Shown here: positions 46,439-53,851 of the stretch, one piece after another
Layout of the letters: each line of letters opens with the position of its first letter
Position numbering within the stretch: position 1 is the stretch's first letter
Assembly: GCA_021802705.1 (NCBI GenBank)
Contig: JAJZRL010000006.1
Location: 1 to 53,851 of the forward strand
Length of the DNA stretch: 53,851 bases
DNA from: a bacterium
GTDB taxonomy: Bacteria; Patescibacteriota; Minisyncoccia; Phycocordibacterales; Phycocordibacteraceae
Reading direction: 5' to 3'
The notes under the pieces: model-generated
What the model was told of the DNA's origin: nothing
What the model saw: the letters and a program-made list of their open reading frames with translations, nothing else
Databases searched by the model: none
Translations under genes and position numbers: made by a program

Positions 46439-46819
46439 TTATGTTTTTTCAAGAGTACGGCGTCCGGATGTCATCGTCTTGCGGACGTTGCCCCGCCGTG
46501 TTCGTGAGTTGGTTTTTGTCCTCTGTCCGCGCACCGGCAATCCTCGCTCGTGCCGGATCCCGCGTGCGGAACGGATATCCTTGAGCCGCTTGATGTCCTG
46601 CCCTATCTCACGGCGCAGCTCTCCTTCTATGACGAATGATTCGGCGAGCGAACGGATCTGCTGTTCTTCTTCGCTCGAAAGCTCGGAACCCTTCCTTGTC
46701 GGCTCGATGCCGGCTTTTTTCAAGATATCCTGTGCGCGCGTCATACCGATGCCGTAGATGAGCGGCAACGCATAAGCGAGCTGTTTATTATCGGGAATGG
46801 TGATACCGGCGATACGCAT
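46439..46819 (-). CDS. rpsM: 30S ribosomal protein S13
   Basis: RIAG, IYGIG, GLPVRGQRTKTN. Confidence 0.97.
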   Translation of the reverse strand: MRIAGITIPDNKQLAYALPLIYGIGMTRAQDILKKAGIEPTRKGSELSSEEEQQIRSLAESFVIEGELRREIGQDIKRLKDIRSARGIRHERGLPVRGQRTKTNSRTRRGNVRKTMTSGRRTLEKT

Positions 46820-46843
46820 GGTTTTAAGTGGAAATACGGACAG

Positions 46844-46960
46844 TTATCCCTGTCGTGCCTTTCGGCGAGGATTTTTCTTATTGATACGGTACAGACGACC
46901 GCCTCGGCGAACGAGCTGGTCTCCTGTCTGCTGTTTTCTTATCGATGCACGAACTCTCAT
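46844..46960 (-). CDS. rpmJ: 50S ribosomal protein L36, zinc-ligand-free form (below the ORF track cutoff)
   Basis: Manual translation [38 protein letters not shown]; between infA and rpsM. Confidence 0.92.
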   Translation of the reverse strand: MRVRASIRKQQTGDQLVRRGGRLYRINKKNPRRKARQG

Positions 46961-46984
46961 CGTAATTGTTTATGTGTGATCACG

Positions 46985-47263
46985 TTATGTTAATCGCCGC
47001 ACGATGCGCGCGCGGCCCCCGTAGGGATCGAGCACCATATCTACCTGATCTCCGACAAGGACACGTATGCGATGGAGACGCATCTTGCCCGCGAGATAAG
47101 CGAGTACGAGTTCGCCTTCTTCTCCCTTCTTCGCATCGCTCTTTTCTTCCGATGCGTCGGCAGGAAGACTTGCCGGTGCCGACAAACGGACCCGAAAAAG
47201 CGAATTCGGCAAAACCTCCTCGACGGTACCGACCGCCGTTACAGTGTTTTCGCCTTCATTCAT
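46985..47263 (-). CDS. infA: Translation initiation factor IF-1
   Basis: [28 protein letters not shown]. Confidence 0.93.
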   Translation of the reverse strand: MNEGENTVTAVGTVEEVLPNSLFRVRLSAPASLPADASEEKSDAKKGEEGELVLAYLAGKMRLHRIRVLVGDQVDMVLDPYGGRARIVRRLT

Positions 47264-47302
47264 GCAGATGCCATGGTAGTCTATCAGGTGCGAAAGGAAT
47301 CG

Positions 47303-48547
47303 TCAATGAGGCATGACGACGACCGAGATGGCAGACGGATCTTGCGGGAAACTCTGCCTCCAGAATGGGCGAAGAACGATGATAGCGCGTTTTATTTCAG
47401 GATAATTCGTGAGAGCGACTTCTGCCGCTGAGCGCGTCTTTCCGCTTACCGCCGCCGCTATGCGCGCCGGATCGATGGTGTAGACGAGCGATGCGGTGCC
47501 GCTCAGCGCGAAAGAGAATGAGGATATTTTCTGGTCAATCGAACCGGAGTTCATGGTGAAGCGTAATGCACTCGTGGAAGCGAGCGTCAGCGGCTCCCCC
47601 TGATAATTAAGACCGGATACCGATGTGGCAATCGCTTTGGCGAGATCGGCATTCGGGAAAACGACCGCCGTCACGGTCCCCTCTTCCTGGACGTTTGCCA
47701 TGCCGCTCGTTTGCGAAGGAGCCGGATTGAGGTCCTGGTAGGTCGTCGTCGCCGCACCGGGGAGTAATATATAGCCGGAAGGAACCTGCGTAGCAAGGCT
47801 CGCAGTAAGGTTTGTGGAGAGAGCTGAGATGAGCGCATCACGAGCTTGCGCTTCGGTTGCCGCGTCGACAACCGGAACGTTCCCGGAAGCGCCGCCGGTC
47901 ATAGCTCCGGACGAACGAGCGTAAACCGCATTTTCCTGCGGGGTTCCGGCAAGCCCGGGAACGGTGAAAGAAGTCGGTCCGATATCATAGGAACTTCCTG
48001 CCTGATCGGCATATACGGTTGCCGTCACGGCACCGGGACCCGAAGCCTTCTTTGCCGGAACGGTTATCGGCGCACGGATTCGGAAGATAAGCCCTGATGG
48101 CGTCGCGAATCTGGTATTTGCGATGAGTCTCTGAGGTTTCGCCTGGGTATTGTAGACGACGATAGTCCCGGAAGAGAACGAGTTCACGTCTTTCGTACCG
48201 CTGCTCGTTACGGCCTGCGTCGCTATTTTCTGCGCGGTTATGACTTGGAAAGGGATGCTGGCAGCGGCCGAGGAGTCTTGATTCGCGGTGAATGATCCTT
48301 GGACGGCTACGGAAACGGAGTTTGGCACCACCTCGACCTTAGCGCTCGAAAAATAGAAAAGCACCCCGAAAGAAGCGATGATGACAAGAAGAGCCGTCGC
48401 TATCGTGAGATACGGGAATCGTCCCGGTTTCCCGGGAGCGAGCGACGAACGCGGACGTAACGGTTCCTGTTGGGGTGCGGTTTGCTGCTTTTGCGATTCG
48501 GGTTCTTTCCGGCGTGAAGGAGGGATAATATCGTCAAGCTTATACAT
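47303..48547 (-). CDS. Single-pass membrane protein with extracellular Baseplate-J/gp47-like domain
   Basis: Cytosolic tail, one TM, SSGTIVVYN..LIANTRF..GLIFR..V.VP, V.ADQAG..Y.I, MTGG; pattern recalled from Baseplate_J-annotated CPR proteins. Confidence 0.65.
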   Translation of the reverse strand: MYKLDDIIPPSRRKEPESQKQQTAPQQEPLRPRSSLAPGKPGRFPYLTIATALLVIIASFGVLFYFSSAKVEVVPNSVSVAVQGSFTANQDSSAAASIPFQVITAQKIATQAVTSSGTKDVNSFSSGTIVVYNTQAKPQRLIANTRFATPSGLIFRIRAPITVPAKKASGPGAVTATVYADQAGSSYDIGPTSFTVPGLAGTPQENAVYARSSGAMTGGASGNVPVVDAATEAQARDALISALSTNLTASLATQVPSGYILLPGAATTTYQDLNPAPSQTSGMANVQEEGTVTAVVFPNADLAKAIATSVSGLNYQGEPLTLASTSALRFTMNSGSIDQKISSFSFALSGTASLVYTIDPARIAAAVSGKTRSAAEVALTNYPEIKRAIIVLRPFWRQSFPQDPSAISVVVMPH

Positions 48548-48603
48548 ACGCTAAAGAGTATAACAATGCTAAGGGATAAGGCGAAGTCTGTTGTGCACAC
48601 AAC

Positions 48604-49641
48604 CTACGGAGAGCTCGCCTCATCCTTGTTGAGGGTCTGATGCCAGTAGAGAGTCATGAGAAGGAGCGAAAGGTCCGGAGCTGCCGTCGTCACGTGTCGC
48701 ACCGAATCGGAGAACTGGCTGGTCAGGACAGGGACAACCGCAGGAGGATTGTCGGAGAGCCAGAGCGATCCGAGATTTGCCGAATCAAGCCTTTCCCGCA
48801 GTACCGACGCGTCGGACTCGCGGGACAATAGCAATATCGTCCGGGGCAGGGGGTACTGCTTCGCGATATCAGCGAACTCGTCCTTTACGGCATGAACCCA
48901 TGACTCTTCTTCAGTACCGGCTCCAATCTCCGATACGGCGACAAAGAGTCCTTTGCGTATAAGCACGCTCGAGGTATAGGATTTCGTCGCATCAAGCACG
49001 AGCGCATCGTGTTCGTGCGGAAATCGGGCGCGAAGCACTTGATAGCGTAACGAGTTGCTGGATATGGTGGCGATGCGTCTCGTATGATAGAGCGACCGGA
49101 ATACCGAGGCGATTCCTCGAGCGATCTTTTCTTCGATAAGCGACGTAAGGATGACGATCGTAGCCCTATGGGCCCTTTTCCCGTAGGGATCGGACGTCTC
49201 GTAGCCGTTTAGCATGGTACCGATAATGCTCTCGTCAGTTGCCAGTTTTCCGGCTTCGACGGCGTTTTTCTCGAGAATCTCGGCAACGATATTCCTGTTG
49301 AAGACGAAGGGTTCTTTCTGTTCGAAACGTTCGGTACGGACACGCGTCTCTTGCCATGGCGCGTCGATAGCGACGAATATGTTTTCTATGCTGCCGCTTC
49401 CCGTTACTCGGGCGAGCGCCGGCGCGCCTTCATGGATGAGGATATCGCCCAGAATCTTAAGCGCCCGCAGCATGGCGCGTTCATGAGCTTCGTCTTCGCG
49501 TACCTCGATAGGAACGCGTCGGGTATAGATGAGCGCCGGCTTCTCCCCTTCCTCATACCGCACATAAGCTCCGGCAACCGAGTCGGAAGCGATATCGACG
49601 AGCACGACCGAAGCGGCGTACTTCCTGCGGAAAAGACCCAT
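48604..49641 (-). CDS. Divergent PilM/FtsA-like actin-fold protein
   Basis: MGLFRRK..VLVDIASDSV (phosphate-1-like), LNGY, LVLDATKSYT (phosphate-2-like). Confidence 0.55.
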   Translation of the reverse strand: MGLFRRKYAASVVLVDIASDSVAGAYVRYEEGEKPALIYTRRVPIEVREDEAHERAMLRALKILGDILIHEGAPALARVTGSGSIENIFVAIDAPWQETRVRTERFEQKEPFVFNRNIVAEILEKNAVEAGKLATDESIIGTMLNGYETSDPYGKRAHRATIVILTSLIEEKIARGIASVFRSLYHTRRIATISSNSLRYQVLRARFPHEHDALVLDATKSYTSSVLIRKGLFVAVSEIGAGTEEESWVHAVKDEFADIAKQYPLPRTILLLSRESDASVLRERLDSANLGSLWLSDNPPAVVPVLTSQFSDSVRHVTTAAPDLSLLLMTLYWHQTLNKDEASSP

Positions 49642-49645
49642 GCCG

Positions 49646-51574
49646 TCATTCTAGCACCGCTTTGATGCGACGGATGCCGGAAGAGGACGCTTCCTCTTTT
49701 TTTATCCTGAAACGTTTCCCGCCTTCGCCGAGCTCTCGCGTATTTGAAACGTGCGGACCCCCGCAGAATTCGATGGAGAATGCCTCGGAGAATCTCGGGT
49801 CATCTTCGGTCGCTCCTTTCGGTCCGACCGAGTACACGCTCACCTGTGCGGGATACGTCGCGCCGAACTCATGTTCAGCGCCGATGCGTTCGGCGTCCTC
49901 TTTTTTCATGAAGACGCGGGTAACCGGCAGCTCTTCGTCTATCGCATCGTTGACGATCTTCTCTGCGGCCTCTTTTTGTTCCGGAGTCATTTTTTCGCCG
50001 TATGAAAAATCGATGCGCAGGCGCTCGCTCGTGATATTGCTACCGCGCTGGTGCACGTCCGGTCCGAGTACTGTCTGAAGCGCTTTCAAGAGAAGATGGT
50101 GCGCGGTGTGGTAGCGGATTGTCTGTTCGGCATGATCGGCAAGCCCGCCTGCGAATTTTTGCGCAGCGCCCGCGCGCGATTTCTCAAGATGAGTGGAGAA
50201 TCGTTCCTTGAAGACAGGAACGAGATCGTCGCTCGTCTTGATGTTTCGCGCGCCGATTTCCACGAGCGTCAACTCAAGAGGAAAACCGTATGTCGTGAAA
50301 AGGAAGAACGCGTCATCTCCCGAAAGGACGCCGGATCGTTCAATGATCCTGTCGAGCTCGCGCAACCCGCTCGCGAGAGTCTTGCGAAACTGTTCTTCTT
50401 CTTTCTGCAGCCCTTCGCGGATAACGTCATGCTGCTCCGAAATGAAAGGATAGTGTTCTGCGTACGAAATACCGAATCCTTTCGCGACATCGGCAAGGAC
50501 GGCATCTTTGATGCCGAGCCGGTCCGCCGCGAGTATCGCGCGCCGGACAAGCCGGCGAAGCACATAGCCCTGCTCCGTATTGCTCGGACGGATACCGCCC
50601 GCGAACATGAATGCCGCTGCGCGGATATGGTCGAGGATGATGCGGTATTCGAATCTCGTCTCGTCGTTCTGGCCGTATTTCCAAAGCGCTCGGCTTTCGA
50701 TCGTCGAGCGGGCGGCATCAAATACGTCGATCAAGAAGATATCGTGATTCCCGCGTGTCGCCGCCGTCAAGCGTTCGAGCCCGCCGCCGAAATCCACGTT
50801 CCTCTTCGGTAACTCCTCGAATGCCCCGTCCGATCTCTTGACGAACTGCATGAAAACCGAATTGCCGACCTCGACAAAGCGGCCGCAATCACAATTCGGG
50901 TGGCACTCTTTCCCGAACTTTTCGTCATGCGGCAATCCGAAATCGTAAAAAACCTCCGAGTCGGGGCCGCCGATTTCTCCCGGCGGCATATTGGACGGAA
51001 CACCCGCGCGGCTCCACCAGTTCTTCTTCGCTCCATAAGAGAAGATGCGGCCGCCTTGCATCCCGGCCTCGCCCCCCTTCTTTTCGGTATCGAGCTCCAC
51101 GAACGCCGCTTCTATCCCCTTCTTGTTGAAAAGGCTCTTCCATATCTCGACGGATTCCGTGTCCGCTTCCATCCCGCTCTCTTTATCGCCGCCGAAAACG
51201 GTCACGTAAAGCCTGTGCGGGTCGAGTCCGAGCCCTTCTTCCGCGTTCGTCAGGTACTCGAAGAGCCACGGAAGTTGTTCCTGCTTGAAGTAATCCCCGA
51301 GCGACCAGTTACCGAGCATTTCGAAAAACGTCGTATGCCGGTTGTCGCCTATCTCTTCTATATCTTCGGCGCGGAAAGACATCTGCGCGTCGACGAGGCG
51401 ATTCCCTTCCGGATGCGGCTGTCCGAGAAGGTACGGCACGAGAGGTTGCATGCCGCTTGAGGTGAAGAGCGTCGACGGGTCGTTTTCAGGCACGATAGGC
51501 GCCGACGGGATTATCGTATGCCCGCGCTTCGCGAAAAAATCAAGATACCGCCTCCGTACCTCGGAAACATCCAT
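49646..51574 (-). CDS. alaS: Alanine--tRNA ligase lacking the C-Ala domain
   Basis: LFTSSGM, HTTFFEMLGNWS, GPDSE, DFGGGLERL, DHIR, TYGFP, HTAHH, CGGPH; ends GIRRIKAVLE. Confidence 0.97.
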   Translation of the reverse strand: MDVSEVRRRYLDFFAKRGHTIIPSAPIVPENDPSTLFTSSGMQPLVPYLLGQPHPEGNRLVDAQMSFRAEDIEEIGDNRHTTFFEMLGNWSLGDYFKQEQLPWLFEYLTNAEEGLGLDPHRLYVTVFGGDKESGMEADTESVEIWKSLFNKKGIEAAFVELDTEKKGGEAGMQGGRIFSYGAKKNWWSRAGVPSNMPPGEIGGPDSEVFYDFGLPHDEKFGKECHPNCDCGRFVEVGNSVFMQFVKRSDGAFEELPKRNVDFGGGLERLTAATRGNHDIFLIDVFDAARSTIESRALWKYGQNDETRFEYRIILDHIRAAAFMFAGGIRPSNTEQGYVLRRLVRRAILAADRLGIKDAVLADVAKGFGISYAEHYPFISEQHDVIREGLQKEEEQFRKTLASGLRELDRIIERSGVLSGDDAFFLFTTYGFPLELTLVEIGARNIKTSDDLVPVFKERFSTHLEKSRAGAAQKFAGGLADHAEQTIRYHTAHHLLLKALQTVLGPDVHQRGSNITSERLRIDFSYGEKMTPEQKEAAEKIVNDAIDEELPVTRVFMKKEDAERIGAEHEFGATYPAQVSVYSVGPKGATEDDPRFSEAFSIEFCGGPHVSNTRELGEGGKRFRIKKEEASSSGIRRIKAVLE

Positions 51575-51624
51575 AAGATAAGGAAAAGATAGCATGAGAT
51601 AAGAAATTCATATACTATGCGCGT

Positions 51625-53601
51625 ATGAGAAAAAACGGCCAAGGGTTCGACAGGCGCGATATGGACACGAACGTGCGGCCGCAAGACGATTTCTATCATC
51701 ATGTGAATGGCGGATGGTTGAAGAAGAATCCGGTTCCGCCGCACGAATCGCGCTGGGGTTCGTTCCTCATGCTCCGATACGAAACCGAAAAGAAGCTCCA
51801 CGCTATCGTCTCAAGGCTGCAGGACGAGAAGAATCTCAAAGCCGGCAGCGCCGAGAGGATGATCCGTGATTTCTATCGTTCAGGCATGGACACGAAGCGC
51901 CGGAACGCGCTTGGCGCGACTCCCCTTGCGCCCTGGCTTGAGCGTATCGCGAAGATAACCGACGTCCGTTCGCTCGTATCGGTGTTCGCGCATCTCGAGA
52001 CGATCGGCGGCGGCGGCCCGTGGGGAATCGCGGTCGATCAGGACATGAAAGACAGCAGGAAATACGTCGCATACCTGCATCAAAGCGGGCTTGGCATGCC
52101 CGATCGCGATTACTATCTCAAGGATGACCGTGAATCAGTTCGCGTGCGTACCGCATATGTGAAGCACCTCGAAGCGATATTCGCGCTCATGGGAAAGACG
52201 AAAGCCGAGGCGAAGGACGGCGCGAAGACGGTGATGCGTATCGAGACCGCCATCGCGAAGATATCCATGACGAAGGAAGACCTGCGTGATGTCGATAAGA
52301 CATACCATCCGATACGCCGCGCCGCGCTCGCCCGCCTGACGCCCGCGATAGATTGGGATTCTTTTTTCCGGATCGTCGGAGCTCGGGATGTGAACCGAGT
52401 CATTCTCATGCAGCCGGAATTCTTCAAAGCGCTTGATGCGCTTCTCGTGAAAGAGCCTCTTGAGGACTGGAAGACATTCCTGTCCTGGCATCTTGTCGGC
52501 GGTGCTGCAAGCTATCTCACTGCAAGATTCGAAAAGCAAAACTTCGCCTTCTATGGCACGACGCTTTCCGGTGTGACGAAAATGAAGCCGGCGTGGCGGC
52601 GCATCCTTGCCTCGGTGAACGGCAGCCTCGGCGAACCGCTCGGCAGGCTCTACGTGCAGGAGTATTTCAGCCCGGAAGCGAAAAGAAAGGCGGCACGGAT
52701 GGTCGAAGACCTCTTTGAAGCCTACGAAGCGCGCATCAGGAATCTCGACTGGATGAGCGCCGCGACGAAACGGAAAGCGGCGAAAAAGCTGCGTCAGATT
52801 GATCGCAAGCTCGGGTATCCCGATAAATGGAGGAAGTATCGCGGACTCATGATATCCCCTCATGATTATTTCGGTAACGCGGTTCGTACGGCGCGATTCG
52901 AACATGCGCGCATGATGCGCCGTCTCAAGAAGCCGGTGGATCGAAGCGAGTGGTTCATGAACCCGCAGACCGTGAACGCATATTACAGTTTCGGCCTGAA
53001 CGACATCGTCTTCCCTGCCGCGATACTGCAGCCGCCTTTCTTTTCGGTCGATGGCGATGATGCGCTCAACTATGGCGCGATGGGTTCGGTTATCGGCCAC
53101 GAGATCACCCATGGCTTCGACGATCAGGGATCGAAATTCGATGGTACGGGAAACAGGAGAACGTGGTGGACGAAAGAAGACCGGAAACGTTTCGAGAAGA
53201 AAGCAGAGGCGCTCGTCAGGCAGTTTAACGCGTACACCGTCGCGGACGGGCTCGCCGTGAACGGACGACTGACGCTCGGCGAGAATATCGCCGACCTCGG
53301 AGGGGCTTCGATCGCGTATGACGCGTTCCGGCTCCGTCTCGCGAAAACGAAACAGAAAGCAGGCAACGACGCCACCGGACTCACGCCCGAACAACGCTTC
53401 TTCTTCGGTTTTGCCCTCTTTGAACGCGAAAACCGCCGGCCGGAAGCGGAAAAGACCCAAGTCCTCACCGATCCGCACTCGCCCGGTACCTTCCGCATCA
53501 ACGGCCCCGCCTCGAATCTTCAGGAGTTCTATCAAGTCTTCGATGTTCGGAAAGGCGACAAGCTGTACCGAGAGCCGGCGAAGCGAGCGAAGGTTTGGTG
53601 A
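51625..53601 (+). CDS. pepO: M13 family (neprilysin/PepO-like) zinc endopeptidase
   Basis: PQDDFY..NGGW, VNAYY, HEITH, GENIAD, DPHSP. Confidence 0.95.
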   Translation: MRKNGQGFDRRDMDTNVRPQDDFYHHVNGGWLKKNPVPPHESRWGSFLMLRYETEKKLHAIVSRLQDEKNLKAGSAERMIRDFYRSGMDTKRRNALGATPLAPWLERIAKITDVRSLVSVFAHLETIGGGGPWGIAVDQDMKDSRKYVAYLHQSGLGMPDRDYYLKDDRESVRVRTAYVKHLEAIFALMGKTKAEAKDGAKTVMRIETAIAKISMTKEDLRDVDKTYHPIRRAALARLTPAIDWDSFFRIVGARDVNRVILMQPEFFKALDALLVKEPLEDWKTFLSWHLVGGAASYLTARFEKQNFAFYGTTLSGVTKMKPAWRRILASVNGSLGEPLGRLYVQEYFSPEAKRKAARMVEDLFEAYEARIRNLDWMSAATKRKAAKKLRQIDRKLGYPDKWRKYRGLMISPHDYFGNAVRTARFEHARMMRRLKKPVDRSEWFMNPQTVNAYYSFGLNDIVFPAAILQPPFFSVDGDDALNYGAMGSVIGHEITHGFDDQGSKFDGTGNRRTWWTKEDRKRFEKKAEALVRQFNAYTVADGLAVNGRLTLGENIADLGGASIAYDAFRLRLAKTKQKAGNDATGLTPEQRFFFGFALFERENRRPEAEKTQVLTDPHSPGTFRINGPASNLQEFYQVFDVRKGDKLYREPAKRAKVW

Positions 53602-53851
53602 AACCTCTCTCTCGTTCGCCCCTTCTCCTCTCACTCCTAGCCATCCTCATCACCGCAGCCGTCTCCTCCGGAGCGAACGCCCTTGCCACCCAGTCCTTCA
53701 CCGAACCCTCCTCTCCTCCTCCGAACAATAACGCCGACGCTCCGCTTGACGTGAGCTACAACGGCCAGTCTAAAACCGGAGGTCTCGAGCTCAACACCGG
53801 CCTCGCCGCAGTCGGCCTCATCGTCCACGGCAACGTGGGCATCGGCACCCT
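53598..53851 (+). CDS. Secreted/surface protein, 3'-partial; paralog of 2-544
   Basis: GTG overlapping the M13 peptidase TGA (GTGA); MKPLSRSPLLLSLLAILITAAVSSGANALATQSFTEPSSPPPNNNADAPLDVSYNGQSKTGGLELNTG..GNVGIGT, open to the edge; not in the ORF track. Confidence 0.8.
   Translation, partial: MKPLSRSPLLLSLLAILITAAVSSGANALATQSFTEPSSPPPNNNADAPLDVSYNGQSKTGGLELNTGLAAVGLIVHGNVGIGT
53630..53756 (+). repeat. Direct repeat copy 2 (127 bp, identical to 1-127)
   Basis: Exact match; diverges at 53757 (T vs G). Confidence 0.97.

Noticed and set aside
47303-48547. Prophage or type VI secretion locus suggested by the baseplate-like gene
   Set aside because: No sheath, tube, spike, capsid, terminase or integrase nearby; the protein is membrane-anchored and in core context
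53630-53851. Simple circular-contig terminal overlap
   Set aside because: The identical block ends 95 bp before the edge and is followed by divergent paralogous sequence
1-53851. CRISPR array, rRNA, intact IS element, intein, or TGA recoding (code 25)
   Set aside because: No spaced repeats, rRNA-like sequence or transposase seen; DnaB has normal length; many genes end at TGA at their expected C-termini

Overview
High-GC chromosomal fragment of a reduced-genome bacterium, most consistent with Patescibacteria/CPR (Parcubacteria-like). Evidence: compact gene packing, AlaRS lacking C-Ala, short GluRS, archaeal-type non-discriminating AspRS, split dcw cluster, and TGA used as stop (code 11). Most of the window is core machinery: seven aminoacyl-tRNA synthetases, two dcw blocks, the alpha ribosomal operon plus rplM-rpsI, rplU, rplI, rpmA, grpE-dnaK-dnaJ, dnaB, recR, scpAB, several peptidases, tRNA-Glu(CTC) and tRNA-Tyr(GTA). 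Less ordinary signals: (1) both ends lie in paralogs of a secreted surface-protein gene sharing an exact 127-bp block and a second 25-bp block around a divergent segment, and the left copy ends in an AT-rich Cys-rich module; (2) a PilM/FtsA-like protein paired with a membrane-anchored Baseplate-J-like protein; (3) at least 18 genes with a -10 hexamer 6-8 nt before the start codon and no SD (leaderless architecture), including one perfectly symmetric bidirectional promoter; (4) an 11-6-11 dif-like palindrome where gene orientation converges; (5) a hydroxyacid dehydrogenase-glycerate kinase-enolase operon next to a recombinase relic reading into tRNA-Glu; (6) a small island behind tRNA-Tyr with structured leaders; (7) a DnaA box plus MraZ-type repeats before mraZ. 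All calls come from reading the sequence and recalled family motifs; no searches were run. Several start codons were moved from the ORF track.
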